A stretch of DNA of 64,000 nt from Bacteroidota bacterium (GCA_030706735.1 JAUZNZ010000014.1:54629-118628); one strand, 5' to 3'. Counted from the first letter of the stretch, positions 10,326 to 21,097 are shown. Notes: a model not told the origin generated them from the letters alone. Numbers and translations: made by a program.

Positions 10326-10340
10326 TGGCATGCATTTGGC
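10326..10340 (+). promoter_or_regulatory. possible sigma54 (-24/-12) promoter TGGCATG-CATT-TGGC
   Basis: GG-N10-GC spacing, 2 differences from TGGCACG-N4-TTGC, 23 nt upstream of the porin ATG. Confidence 0.35.
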
Positions 10341-10363
10341 CATCCATTGCGACAAAACAGTTT

Positions 10364-11419
10364 ATGTGTAAAAGAATGTCGGCCTTATTCGGGCTCTTCC
10401 TCGTCGTTTATCAGGGATATGGACAAGATGCGGCTCCGGCCAAAAAAGACACGGCCCCTGCCTTGTCGATCACCGGCTCGGCAGATTTTTATTATCGTTA
10501 TGCCTTTAACAGGGCGGCAAGCGGCATGACCAGCTTTACCAGGACCCATGACCAGTTCACGCTGGGCATGGCCACCGTCAAATTGGAGCACAAGACGGCC
10601 AAATTGGACATGGTCGCCGACCTCGGCTTCGGCCCCAGGGCGCTGGAATTTGCTTATAACGATCAGGGGATCGTCCAGGCCATTAAACAATTATACATAA
10701 GCTACTCGCCCAACGCCTGGGTGAAATTCACCGGCGGTACCTGGGCCACGCATATCGGTTACGAGGTTCTCGATGCCTATGCCAACCGGAACTATAGCAT
10801 GTCCTATATGTTCACCAACGGCCCGTTCTCGCACACCGGCGTACGCGCTGATTTTACGGTAGGCAAGAGTGGGTTCATGATCGGGATCGCAAACCCCACG
10901 GATTTCAGAAGCGTACCCGCTCCGGGGAAGGAAAACAAGAACATGATCGCCCAGTATAGCTACGCGCCCAGCGATCATTTCCATCTCTATCTGAACTACG
11001 TAGGCGGCCAGGACCCGGCAGACAATAAGATCCATCAATACGATCTCGTCGCCACCATGAAAGCCAACTCGCTATTCAGCGTCGGCCTGAATGGCACATA
11101 CAACCATTCCGGCTTTTCTTCCGACAATTATGCTGCCGGGCACAACTGGTATGGAGCGGCCGCCTACTTCAATCTGGATCCGGCGCCCTGGTTCGGCCTG
11201 ACCCTGCGTGAAGAATATTTTAGCGATAAGGACGCGGTCAAAACGCCGGGAGGATCTGTTATCGCCAGCACGCTTTCCGCGAATTTCAAGGTCGATGGCT
11301 TTATTTTCATTCCGGAGTTCCGGCTCGACGCCGCCAACAATCCCTGGTACCCGAAAAGGGATGGGACGAACAGCAAGTCGGACGCGAGCCTCCTGCTGGC
11401 AGCGATCTATTCATTCTGA
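10364..11419 (+). CDS. outer-membrane beta-barrel porin (amt-associated type), copy A
   Basis: Signal peptide from ATG 10364 (the track start at 10235 is likely too long); alternating beta-strands; terminal AIYSF. Confidence 0.85.
   Translation: MCKRMSALFGLFLVVYQGYGQDAAPAKKDTAPALSITGSADFYYRYAFNRAASGMTSFTRTHDQFTLGMATVKLEHKTAKLDMVADLGFGPRALEFAYNDQGIVQAIKQLYISYSPNAWVKFTGGTWATHIGYEVLDAYANRNYSMSYMFTNGPFSHTGVRADFTVGKSGFMIGIANPTDFRSVPAPGKENKNMIAQYSYAPSDHFHLYLNYVGGQDPADNKIHQYDLVATMKANSLFSVGLNGTYNHSGFSSDNYAAGHNWYGAAAYFNLDPAPWFGLTLREEYFSDKDAVKTPGGSVIASTLSANFKVDGFIFIPEFRLDAANNPWYPKRDGTNSKSDASLLLAAIYSF
10586..10869 (+). repeat. 284-bp inverted repeat, arm 1 (inside porin A)
   Basis: Hand alignment to the reverse complement of 13754-14037 gives 8 mismatches in 284 nt. 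Confidence 0.9.
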
Positions 11420-11437
11420 ATCGGCTTGTTAAGCGAC

Positions 11438-11480
11438 AAAAAAAGGGAGCCGTCTCAGGGTAACCTGAGACAGCCCCCCC
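11438..11480. terminator. intrinsic terminator between the convergent porin A and amt genes
   Basis: GCCGTCTCAGG-GTAA-CCTGAGACAGC stem; the preceding A7 tract gives a U tract on the minus strand. Confidence 0.75.
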
Positions 11481-11503
11481 CAAAGTATGGAGAGAATCCG
11501 AAA

Positions 11504-13102
11504 TTAAGCTTGCGACGGATAAGCCTCCACGCCGTGCTCGTACACGTCGAGACCGCCTGGGCCCGTTTCGCCTTCTGCCGGCACGCGCAGCTTCCAGGGA
11601 TGGGGCAGCGCATTGACCACGGACATCAGTACCCAGGCCACCGCGAAGGTCGCCAGGGCCATCGTGATATTACCGATAAGCTGAGCCTTCAGTACGGCTG
11701 TGCCGCCACCATAGAACAGACCCGCCACGGGAGAGGAGTTGTCCGCGCCGGTTGGTCCGGTGGCGCCATAGACTCCACAGGCGAACAATCCGAGCGACCA
11801 GGTTCCCCACATGCCGCATGCGCCATGCACCGCAACCGCGCCGATGGGATCATCGATACGCAGATATTCCAGGAGGTTGACGGCGAGCCATACTACGACG
11901 CCGGCAACGAGCCCAAGCATGATCGCGCCGAATGGAGACACCCAGTAACAGGGGCAGGTGATGGCGACCAGGCCGCCGAGGAAGCCGTTGGTCGTATAGC
12001 CGAGATCGAACTTTCCTTTCGTTTCACCGAACCAGAGCGCCATGTACATGGCCCCGATGCCGCCACCGCAGGCCGCGAGGGTGGTATTGGTCGCTACGCG
12101 GCCGATACCCTGCATGTCCACCGCCGAGAGCGTGCTTCCCGGGTTGAACCCATACCATCCGAACCAGAGGATGAAACCGCCCACGGCCGCCACCGTGAGG
12201 TTATGCGGAGCGGGCATGCCGCCTCCGTCCCGTTTGAATATGCGGCCGATACGCGGTCCGAGAACGATCGCACCCGCGAGGGAGACGACGCCTCCGATCG
12301 TATGAACGACGGTTGATCCGGCGAAGTCACGGAACCCTTGTCCCAGTCCGGGTAAGAAATGATCCTTCGAACCCATGAGCGCCAACCAGCCGTCGGGTCC
12401 CCAGGCCCAATGGCCGATTATGGGATAGATGAAACCGGTAACACCGATACTATAGAGAATGTCGCCACGGAAACCGGTGCGGCCGATCATGGCGCCTGAC
12501 GTAACCGTAGACGTCGTATCCGCAAAAGCAAATTGGAAGATCCAATGCGCCAATATGGGAACTCCTGTCGAGCCGTACGTATCCGGAATATTTTGCAGGA
12601 AGAACCAGGGTTTGGGATCTCCGCCGGCGAGCGCTCCTCCGCCCCAACCGATCAGGCCGTTCCCTTGTCCGAACATGAAGGCGTATCCGATGCCCCAGAA
12701 CAGGATGCCGCAAATGCAGGTATCGAATATACATTCCATCAATACGTTGACGGTTTCTCTTTTGCGGGCAAATCCTGCTTCCAGGAATACGAAGCCCGGT
12801 TGCATGCCGAATACCAGGAAGGCGGCAACGAGAGTCCAGATCGTATTGGCCGTATTCATCAAGGTTGTCTCATGCGCCGTATAGGCCGGCGCGCCCTGGG
12901 CGTGCGCAGGCGTACCCATGAGGATGGCCGGTAAAAAGCCAATTGCGACCAGGACCAGGAACAGTCCGATCATCTTACCGGCGAACATGCCGCCGGCTAT
13001 GCGCCATTTCTCGGCTTTTGTTAATTTGACCATGGGGGCCAGGGGTTCTGCTTGTCCGCTGCCCTTGAACAACTTGCTAGTGATGAAATTGGATACTCCC
13101 AT
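11504..13102 (-). CDS. amt: ammonium transporter (Amt family) with N-terminal extension
   Basis: GFVFLEAG, FQFAFA, DFAGSTVVHTIGG, LWFGWYGFN, AVHGACG, GLDVYEHGVEAY. Confidence 0.95.
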   Translation of the reverse strand: MGVSNFITSKLFKGSGQAEPLAPMVKLTKAEKWRIAGGMFAGKMIGLFLVLVAIGFLPAILMGTPAHAQGAPAYTAHETTLMNTANTIWTLVAAFLVFGMQPGFVFLEAGFARKRETVNVLMECIFDTCICGILFWGIGYAFMFGQGNGLIGWGGGALAGGDPKPWFFLQNIPDTYGSTGVPILAHWIFQFAFADTTSTVTSGAMIGRTGFRGDILYSIGVTGFIYPIIGHWAWGPDGWLALMGSKDHFLPGLGQGFRDFAGSTVVHTIGGVVSLAGAIVLGPRIGRIFKRDGGGMPAPHNLTVAAVGGFILWFGWYGFNPGSTLSAVDMQGIGRVATNTTLAACGGGIGAMYMALWFGETKGKFDLGYTTNGFLGGLVAITCPCYWVSPFGAIMLGLVAGVVVWLAVNLLEYLRIDDPIGAVAVHGACGMWGTWSLGLFACGVYGATGPTGADNSSPVAGLFYGGGTAVLKAQLIGNITMALATFAVAWVLMSVVNALPHPWKLRVPAEGETGPGGLDVYEHGVEAYPSQA

Positions 13103-13185
13103 TGCGTTTAGTTTTTGTGAATAAAAGTTGATTTGTTGATTGGGATCTCAGATTAGGATGCGGTTAACTCAAGCAGGAAAAAAAA

Positions 13186-14298
13186 TCAGAATGAATAGAT
13201 CGCTGCCAACAAAAAGCTCGGGTCCGTCTTGGTCGCGGTTCCATCGTTCTTGGTGAATAATGTTTCACTGGCATTATCGATCCTGAATTCCGGTATGAAG
13301 ATGAAGCCGTCGACCTTGAACATGGCCGAAAGCGTGCTGGCGATCACATTTGCCCCGGTCGCTCCACCGACCGGATGTAATTTGATCCCGTCCTTGTCGC
13401 TGAAGTACTCCTCGCGCAGCGTCAGGCCGAACCAGGAGGTGGGGTCCAGGTTGAGGTACGCGGCGCCGCCGTACCAATTATGTCCCGTCGCGTAGTTGTC
13501 GGCCACATAACTGGAATGATTATACGTGCCGTTCAGGCCCACGCTGAACTGGGAACTGGCCTTGATGGTCGCCACGAGATCGTATTGATGGATCTTATTG
13601 TCGTTCACGTCCCGCCCGCCGACGTAGTTCAGATAGAGATGGAAATTATCGCTGGGCGCGTAGCTATACTGGGCGATCATGTTCTTATTGCTCTGCTGGG
13701 AGGAGGGCGGCGTTCTCCAGTCCGTGGGATTGGACACGCCGATCATGATGCCGCTCTTGCCTACCGTGAAATCAGCGCGTACGCCGGTGTGCGAGAAGGG
13801 GCCGTTGGTGAACATATAGGACATGCTATAGTTCCGGTTGGCATAGGCATCGAGGACCTCGTAACCGATATGCGTGGCCCAGGTGCCGCCGGTGAATTTC
13901 ACCCAGGCGTTGGGCGAGTAGCTTATATATAATTGTTTAATGGCCTGGACGATCCCCTGATCGTTATAAGCAAATTCCTGCGCCCTGGGTCCGAAGCCGA
14001 GGTCGGCGACCATGTCCATTTTGGCCGTCTTGTGCTCGAGCTTTACGGTAGCCATTCCCAATTTGAATTCATCATGCGAACTGGTGAAGCTGGTCAGGCC
14101 GTTATTGGCTTTCGTAAAATCGTAGCGATAATAGAAATCTGCCGAGCCGGTGATCGATACCGGGGCGGCGGGGGCCGGTTTGCTGCTGTCGGCGGCTTTC
14201 CTGCTGCTGTCCGTTCCCTGGGCCGATGCTGCCAGTGCGCCGGCGGAGATCAATACGGATAATGCGGTTTTCCTAAACATGGGGATGTTCCTTAGCAT
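13186..14298 (-). CDS. outer-membrane beta-barrel porin (amt-associated type), copy B
   Basis: Signal peptide (alternative start 14280); close paralog of 10364-11419; terminal AIYSF; co-oriented with amt with no terminator between them. Confidence 0.87.
   Translation of the reverse strand: MLRNIPMFRKTALSVLISAGALAASAQGTDSSRKAADSSKPAPAAPVSITGSADFYYRYDFTKANNGLTSFTSSHDEFKLGMATVKLEHKTAKMDMVADLGFGPRAQEFAYNDQGIVQAIKQLYISYSPNAWVKFTGGTWATHIGYEVLDAYANRNYSMSYMFTNGPFSHTGVRADFTVGKSGIMIGVSNPTDWRTPPSSQQSNKNMIAQYSYAPSDNFHLYLNYVGGRDVNDNKIHQYDLVATIKASSQFSVGLNGTYNHSSYVADNYATGHNWYGGAAYLNLDPTSWFGLTLREEYFSDKDGIKLHPVGGATGANVIASTLSAMFKVDGFIFIPEFRIDNASETLFTKNDGTATKTDPSFLLAAIYSF
13754..14037 (-). repeat. 284-bp inverted repeat, arm 2 (inside porin B)
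   Basis: Same alignment as arm 1, about 97% identity. Confidence 0.9.
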
Positions 14299-14674
14299 TG
14301 CTGGTGGTTTTGGTTAAAAAAATGGTTGTGGACAAGTACGGCTGGCAAAGCGCATCGTTCGCTGGGGTAAGCTGGTGGAGGCCCTTCACAATTTGACCAG
14401 GACGGTGAAGCAGGCATTCCAGGTTGTGGGAGTTTTCGACGACGGATTATATTATAATTATTAATAATTAATTATTATTAAGCTAATATAGTATATTGAT
14501 GTAGTTTTTTGTTTTAATAATTTATATTTTATAATTAATAATATGATCTAATTGAGGGAGTTTTTGTTGGTTAAATAAATGATAATCAATTATTTTAATA
14601 CTGTTCGACCAGTAATTCGGGGAAATAAAATATTGAAGACATTTAAAAAAATAGTTAAAAACTGAGCATTATTC

Positions 14675-14706
14675 AAAATAGAAAGGCCGGGAGACTACCC
14701 CCGGCC
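14675..14706 (-). terminator. intrinsic terminator of gltBD
   Basis: GGCCGGG/CCCGGCC stem followed on the minus strand by TTTCTATTTT, 35 nt after the gltD stop. Confidence 0.75.
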
Positions 14707-14740
14707 GATGATGTACGCGATGGCAAGCTTAATTATATAA

Positions 14741-16210
14741 TTATATCGTGATCAGACTTTGATCCCTCCTCTCCAACAGCGAGCTCCCGACCAGGTATTC
14801 ATCCACTTTCCGCGCGCATTCGCGGCCCTCGCTAATGGCCCAGACGACCAGGGATTGGCCCCTCCGCATATCGCCCGCCGTAAAGATCTTGGCAATATTA
14901 GTTTGGTACTCCTTTTCCGTGGCGGCGACATTCCCGCGCCCGTCCAGCTCGATGCCCAGCTCGCCCAGCATGCCTTCATGCTGGGGGTGGACGAAGCCCA
15001 TGGCGAGCAGAGCCAGTTCGCAGGGGATCTCACGTTCGCTGCCCGGCACTTCCACAAAATGGGCGGCCCGTTCCTCTTCCGTGAACTTCCACTCCAGGTC
15101 AATGATCTTCAACGCTCTCAGATTACCCTTTCCGTCGCCGACGAACTCCTTGGTCGCGATCGCCCAGTGCCTCTCCGCCCCTTCTTCATGAGAAGAAGAA
15201 GTTTTCAGGATCATCGGATAGGTCGGCCAGGGCATGAACGGGGTCCGGGAAGAGGGGGGCTTCGGCAGCAGTTCGAACTGCGTGACCGAACGCGCCTTAT
15301 GCCGGTTCGACGTGCCTACGCAATCGCTCCCGGTATCGCCTCCTCCAATGACGACCACATGCTTATCGGTGGCCCAGATCTCGTCCCCCTCTACAGCCGT
15401 ATCGCTGACTCGTTTATTCTGTTGTTTCAGGAAATCCATCGCGAAATGGACGCCCTTGAGTTCGCGTCCCGGAATAGGGAGGTCGCGCGGGATCGTCGAG
15501 CCGCCGGCGAGCACCAGGGCATGGAATTCACGCAGCAGGTCATTGACGCTGACGGTCGTGCCCACTTCGGCGTTGCACCTGAACACGACGCCCTCTTCTT
15601 CCATCAGGCTGATCCGTCTGTCGATCACCCATTTCTCAAGCTTGAAATCAGGTATGCCATAACGCAGCAATCCTCCGGGCCGGTCGTCCCGTTCGAATAC
15701 GGTCACCTGATGCCCGGCGATATTCAATTGATCGGCGGCAGCCAATCCGGCCGGGCCGGAACCGACCACGGCAATTTTTTTCCCCGTCCGCAAGCTGGGC
15801 TTGCGCGCCTTTACCAGCCCTTTATCGAAGGCGATTTCAATGATGTGCTTCTCAATTTCTTCGATGGCGACGGCGGGCTGGTTGATGCCGAGCACACAGC
15901 TGCTTTCGCAGGGAGCGGGACAAATGCGCCCGGTGAACTCCGGAAAATTATTCGTGGAGCTCAGGATCTCGTAGGCCTCTTCCCAGCGCTGGCGGTAAAC
16001 GGCGTCATTGAATTCAGGAATGACGTTCCCAAGCGGGCAGCCGTGATGGCAAAACGGAATGCCGCAATTCATGCAACGCGCCGCCTGGTGGTTCAGCTGC
16101 TGGCCGGAATACCGGGACACGAACTCCTTATAGTCATTTCTCCTTTCCTGCACCGGCCGTTTGCCGGGCAACTCCCGCGTAAATTCCAGGAATCCCGTTG
16201 GTTTACCCAT
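14741..16210 (-). CDS. gltD: glutamate synthase small subunit
   Basis: Starts MGKPTGFLEF (ATG 16210); CMNCGIPFCHHGCP, VVGSGPAGL, GGGDTGSDC, GDMRRGQSLVVWAI. Confidence 0.97.
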   Translation of the reverse strand: MGKPTGFLEFTRELPGKRPVQERRNDYKEFVSRYSGQQLNHQAARCMNCGIPFCHHGCPLGNVIPEFNDAVYRQRWEEAYEILSSTNNFPEFTGRICPAPCESSCVLGINQPAVAIEEIEKHIIEIAFDKGLVKARKPSLRTGKKIAVVGSGPAGLAAADQLNIAGHQVTVFERDDRPGGLLRYGIPDFKLEKWVIDRRISLMEEEGVVFRCNAEVGTTVSVNDLLREFHALVLAGGSTIPRDLPIPGRELKGVHFAMDFLKQQNKRVSDTAVEGDEIWATDKHVVVIGGGDTGSDCVGTSNRHKARSVTQFELLPKPPSSRTPFMPWPTYPMILKTSSSHEEGAERHWAIATKEFVGDGKGNLRALKIIDLEWKFTEEERAAHFVEVPGSEREIPCELALLAMGFVHPQHEGMLGELGIELDGRGNVAATEKEYQTNIAKIFTAGDMRRGQSLVVWAISEGRECARKVDEYLVGSSLLERRDQSLITI

Positions 16211-16364
16211 GTTCGTTCTTGTTGATTCAGTTAAAAACCACAGAGAACAACGGAGTGGCTGAGTCACACATGAGAGCCGACTCCGCGTTCTCAGAAAGTT
16301 GAGGCTGTCCTCTGTGGTCCGTTCCGGCCATAGGCCGGCGACCTGCGCGATCTTCGGGGAAGCC

Positions 16365-19300
16365 CTAAGAACGCACGGTCTGTTTATGACTTTTCTCCAT
16401 CAGGACCTTTTTATAATCCTTCGGGAATACTTTTACAAAATTCTTCACCTGATTTTCGAGATCGTCCAACACAAATTTGGCCACCGTGCTGCCGGTATAG
16501 GCATAATGACGATGGATCAACTCCCTGATCTCCGCAATATCTTCTTCGCCGACCGGATCGAGGTCGACCATCTCGGGGTTACAGAGGGAGGGGAACTGTC
16601 CCTTTACATCGTACACATAGGCGATCCCTCCGCTCATGCCCGCGGCAAAATTCCTGCCGGTATTGCCGAGAATGACGATCCGCCCGCCGGTCATATATTC
16701 ACATCCATGGTCGCCAACGCCTTCGACCACTGCCCTGACCCCCGAATTCCTGACGGCGAAACGTTCGCCGGCTTTGCCGCGGATAAAGGCTTCACCGGAG
16801 GTGGCGCCGTAAAAGGCGACATTCCCGATGATGATATTCTCTTCCGGAACGAACCCGGCCCATGGGGAAGGATAAACGATCAGCCTGGCCCCGGACAACC
16901 CTTTTCCGAAATAGTCATTGGCATCCCCCTCCAGTTCCAGCGTGACCCCCCTGGTATTGAACGCTCCGAAGCTCTGCCCGGCCGTCCCGGTAAACTTGAA
17001 GTGGATACAATCTTCCGGCAGACCGGCGCTCTTGTATTGTTTGGAGATCTCATTGGACAGGATCGTTCCGGCTGTCCGGTCCGTATTCCTGATCGGGAAG
17101 GCCGCATACACTTTCTGCTGCCGCTCGAGCGCGGGTCTTGCCGCCTCCAACAAGCGCCAATCGAGTACATCGGCCAGCCCATGATCCTGTTCCTCCATTT
17201 TGTGCAATCCGGTATACATCGACTCCGGCTCTTTGTAAAGGATGGGAGATAGGTCGAGTTTGCTGTATTTCCAGTGATGGATATTTTCCCTGACGCCCAG
17301 GCAGTCCACCTGTCCGACCATTTCATTGACGGTGCGGAAACCCAGTTCGGCCATGATCTCACGTAATTCCTGGACAATGAACGTAAAGAAATTGACGACA
17401 TGATCGGCATTGCCCGTAAATCGTTTCCTCAATTCGGGGTCCTGCGTCGCTACGCCCACCGGACAGGTATTGAGATGGCACTTGCGCATGAGGATGCAGC
17501 CTTCGACGACGAGCGCCGTCGTGGCGAGTCCCCATTCCTCGGCCCCCAATAACGTGGCGATGGCAATGTCGCGGCCCGTTTTAAGCTGTCCGTCCGTTTG
17601 CAACACCACCCGGCTGCGCAATTTATTCTTTACAAGCGTCTGATGTGATTCCGCCAGCCCCAATTCCCATGGGAGCCCCGCATGCTTGATCGAACTGATC
17701 GGCGAGGCGCCTGTGCCGCCGTCGTGCCCCGAGATCAGGATCACATCCGACTTTGCCTTGGCCACGCCCGCCGCGATCGTGCCGACGCCGGCCTTGGATA
17801 CGAGCTTGACGCTGATACGGGCGGCGCGGTTGGAGTTTTTCAGATCGAAGATCAGCTGCGCCAGGTCTTCAATCGAATAAATGTCGTGATGCGGCGGGGG
17901 CGATATGAGGCCCACACCGGGCGTGGAGTGACGGACGCGACCGATCCATTCATCCACTTTATGGCCGGGCAGCTGCCCGCCCTCGCCGGGCTTTGCGCCC
18001 TGCGCCATCTTGATCTGCAATTCGTCGGCCATACTGAGATAATAGCTCGTTACGCCAAAACGCGCCGAGGCGACCTGTTTGATGGCCGAACGCATGGAGT
18101 CTCCGTTAGGCAGCGGCTCATAGCGCATTTCATCCTCTCCGCCTTCGCCGGTATTGCTCTTCCCTCCCAGCCGGTTCATCGCGATAGCCAGGGTGGAATG
18201 CGCCTCGTGGGATATGGAACCGAAGGACATGGCGCCGGTAGCGAGCCGCCTGTAGATGCTTTCCGCCGGTTCGACCTCGTCGATGGGAATGGAAGGACGG
18301 TTACGCTTCAACGTAAGCAGGCTGCGGAGCGTGGCGGCCTTTTCGCTTTGCTCATTGACCAGCTTGGAATATTTTTTGAATACATTGTAGTCGTTCATCC
18401 GCGTGGAATACTGAAGGAGATGCACCGTCTGCGGATTGAAAAGGTGGAATTCCCCTTTCCGCTTCCACTGGTAAATGCCGCCCGGCAACAGCCTTTCTAC
18501 GGGCACGTCCTTCCGGCTGAATGCGAAATAGTGCTTGGCAAGGGTCTCCCTGGCCAGTTCGTCCAGTCCCATGCCTTCGATCCGCGAGGTGGCGCCGGTA
18601 AAGTACTTATCGACCACCGAACGGTTGAGCCCGATGATCTCGAATATCTGCGCACCCTGGTAGGACTGCAGCGTGGAAATGCCCATTTTGGAGAATACCT
18701 TGAGCAACCCGTCATTGACCGCCTTGATATAGTTCTTCTTGAGCTGTTCGGCGTCCAGGTCGGTTTGAAGGCGCTCCATCAGCTTCATATCCCGGATGGT
18801 CGACAGGGCCAGGTAGGGATTGATGGCCGTGGCGCCGAAGCCGATCAGGCAAGCGAAGTGGTGCACTTCCCAGACATCGCCCGCTTCCACGATAATGCCC
18901 ACCTGCCCGCGAAACCCTTTCCGGATCAGGTGATGATGTACCGCCGCCGTGGCCAGCAGGGAAGGGATGGGCGCGTGGTCCGAATCGATGGCCCGGTCGG
19001 ACAGGATCAGCACTTCAAACCCGTCATTGACGGCGTCCACGGCATAACGGCAAAGGCGCTCCACGCCGGCCTGCAGCGATCCCGGCTTGCCGTCGGCGCG
19101 AAAATACGTTTGCAAGGTCTTGGCCTGGAAGATACCGGTATCGATGCTGCGGATCTTTTCGAGCTCGTGATTGCTCAGTACAGGATGTTTCAGCGCGACG
19201 CTATGGCATGCGAGCGGATCCTCCTCCAGCATATTGGAATTGCCCCCCGCGAAGGTCGCCAGCGACATGACCAGCCGCTCGCGGATGGGATCGATGGGCG

Positions 19301-20879
19301 GATTGGTCACCTGGGCGAAGAGCTGTTTGAAATAGCTGCTGAGGTGCTGTGGCTGGTCGCTGAGCACGGCCAGGGGCACGTCCGTGCCCATGGAGCCGAC
19401 AGGCTCCTTGCCGTCCAGGCACATGGCCGCGATGATCGTATCGAGGTCCTCGGTCGAATAGCCGAAGGCCTTCTGGTATTTGAAGATCTGATCGTGTTCG
19501 AGATGGGTGAAGAGCACGCGCGGTTCCGGCAGCTCCTCCAGGCGGATCTTGTATTTATTGAGCCACTCCGCGTACGGTTTCTGCGAGCAGATCGTGCTCT
19601 TCAGTTCGTCGTCGCTGATGATCCGCTCCTGTTCGAGATCCACCACGAACATCTTGCCCGGCTGCAGCCTGCCTTTCTCCTTGATCATGGCCGGATCGAC
19701 AGGCAGCACGCCCGTTTCGGAAGCCATGATGACCCGGTCGTCGGTGGTGACGCAGTAACGGGAAGGACGGAGCCCATTGCGATCCAGCGTTGCGCCGATG
19801 ATCTTGCCGTCGGTAAATGAAATGGAGGCGGGGCCGTCCCAGGGCTCCATGATGGAGGCATGGAATTCATAAAACGCCTTCTTGACAGGATCCATCTGCT
19901 CGTTCCCGTCCCAGGCCTCCGGGATCAGCATCATCATGACATGCGGCAGCGAACGGCCGCAGAGCGTAAGCAGCTCGATGACGTTGTCCAGACAGGCGGA
20001 GTCGGATTGCCCCTCGGTGACGATGGGCAGCAGCATCTCCATCTCCTCCTTGGTGAAGTAGGGCGTGGTCAGGCTCTTCTCGCTCGTCTTGAGCCAGTTC
20101 AAATTGCCTTGCAGCGTATTGATCTCCCCGTTATGGGCGATGTACCGAAAGGGTTGGGCCAGCTTCCAGGAAGGGAAGGTATTGGTGGCAAAACGGCTGT
20201 GAATGAGGCCGAATGCCGATACGACGCGCTTGTTGCCGAGGTCGGGGAAGTAGCCCCTGACCTGCAGGCTGGTGAGCTGTCCTTTGTATACGACGGTTTT
20301 GTAAGAGAGGGAGGCGACATAGAATCCGATGGGGTCCTTCTTGACCGTGCTATTGATGGTATGACTGGCATAATTGCGCAGAAGGAACAGCTTCCTCTCA
20401 AAGTCATCCGCCTTTTTGATATGGTCGGGACAGGCGATGAACACCTGTTCCATTTCAGGTTCGACGGAAAGGGCTGTCGGGCCGATGCCCTCGGGATTGA
20501 CGGGCACCTTGCGGTAACCCAGTACTTCCAGCCCGAGCTTTTCGGCCGAACGGGAAAAAATATCCCGGCATTCTTCTTTAAGGCGGATATCGCGCGGGAA
20601 ATAGAGCATACCCACCCCATACTTGCCATACGGCGGAAGATGGATGCCCAGTTTAACGCATTCGTCGAAGAAAAATTCGTGGGGGGTCTGGATCATGATG
20701 CCGGCGCCGTCGCCGGTATTGTTCTCACAACCACATGCGCCCCGGTGCTCCATATTCTCCAGGATGGTTAGGGCATCCGAAACAATCTGGTGCGATTTGT
20801 TGCTTTTGATATTGGCAACAAACCCAATGCCGCACGCATCACGTTCAAATTCAGGCGCATATAAACCTTTTATTGCCAT
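16365..20879 (-). CDS. gltB: glutamate synthase large subunit
   Basis: N-terminal CGIGF amidotransferase, [51 protein letters not shown] domain. Confidence 0.98.
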   Translation of the reverse strand: MAIKGLYAPEFERDACGIGFVANIKSNKSHQIVSDALTILENMEHRGACGCENNTGDGAGIMIQTPHEFFFDECVKLGIHLPPYGKYGVGMLYFPRDIRLKEECRDIFSRSAEKLGLEVLGYRKVPVNPEGIGPTALSVEPEMEQVFIACPDHIKKADDFERKLFLLRNYASHTINSTVKKDPIGFYVASLSYKTVVYKGQLTSLQVRGYFPDLGNKRVVSAFGLIHSRFATNTFPSWKLAQPFRYIAHNGEINTLQGNLNWLKTSEKSLTTPYFTKEEMEMLLPIVTEGQSDSACLDNVIELLTLCGRSLPHVMMMLIPEAWDGNEQMDPVKKAFYEFHASIMEPWDGPASISFTDGKIIGATLDRNGLRPSRYCVTTDDRVIMASETGVLPVDPAMIKEKGRLQPGKMFVVDLEQERIISDDELKSTICSQKPYAEWLNKYKIRLEELPEPRVLFTHLEHDQIFKYQKAFGYSTEDLDTIIAAMCLDGKEPVGSMGTDVPLAVLSDQPQHLSSYFKQLFAQVTNPPIDPIRERLVMSLATFAGGNSNMLEEDPLACHSVALKHPVLSNHELEKIRSIDTGIFQAKTLQTYFRADGKPGSLQAGVERLCRYAVDAVNDGFEVLILSDRAIDSDHAPIPSLLATAAVHHHLIRKGFRGQVGIIVEAGDVWEVHHFACLIGFGATAINPYLALSTIRDMKLMERLQTDLDAEQLKKNYIKAVNDGLLKVFSKMGISTLQSYQGAQIFEIIGLNRSVVDKYFTGATSRIEGMGLDELARETLAKHYFAFSRKDVPVERLLPGGIYQWKRKGEFHLFNPQTVHLLQYSTRMNDYNVFKKYSKLVNEQSEKAATLRSLLTLKRNRPSIPIDEVEPAESIYRRLATGAMSFGSISHEAHSTLAIAMNRLGGKSNTGEGGEDEMRYEPLPNGDSMRSAIKQVASARFGVTSYYLSMADELQIKMAQGAKPGEGGQLPGHKVDEWIGRVRHSTPGVGLISPPPHHDIYSIEDLAQLIFDLKNSNRAARISVKLVSKAGVGTIAAGVAKAKSDVILISGHDGGTGASPISSIKHAGLPWELGLAESHQTLVKNKLRSRVVLQTDGQLKTGRDIAIATLLGAEEWGLATTALVVEGCILMRKCHLNTCPVGVATQDPELRKRFTGNADHVVNFFTFIVQELREIMAELGFRTVNEMVGQVDCLGVRENIHHWKYSKLDLSPILYKEPESMYTGLHKMEEQDHGLADVLDWRLLEAARPALERQQKVYAAFPIRNTDRTAGTILSNEISKQYKSAGLPEDCIHFKFTGTAGQSFGAFNTRGVTLELEGDANDYFGKGLSGARLIVYPSPWAGFVPEENIIIGNVAFYGATSGEAFIRGKAGERFAVRNSGVRAVVEGVGDHGCEYMTGGRIVILGNTGRNFAAGMSGGIAYVYDVKGQFPSLCNPEMVDLDPVGEEDIAEIRELIHRHYAYTGSTVAKFVLDDLENQVKNFVKVFPKDYKKVLMEKSHKQTVRS

Positions 20880-21097
20880 ACTTATCTTGTAGATTAGACT
20901 TTTTTCAATTTTTTACATATAACCTTAGACAATGATCTAAGAACAATAGCAGGCAACCTTATAAAATTACGTAAAAAACCTTAATTATTCGAAATTTATG
21001 AACCTCCTTTTTCCACGTTTAATGCCCGTTTTCCCCATTTTCCGGCCCCGCACCATCCCGCCGACCGCCCGTTACGCATACGCGCTTCGGCCCGGCT

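Noticed and set aside
14575-14593. Fur-box-like ATAAATGATAATCAATTAT
   Set aside because: Only about 12 of 19 positions match, within A/T-rich DNA and upstream of non-iron genes; not distinguishable from chance.
21040-21097. G-rich minus-strand tract after ilvA as a possible G-quadruplex
   Set aside because: Mostly GG or interrupted runs, as expected at this GC content; no supporting evidence.
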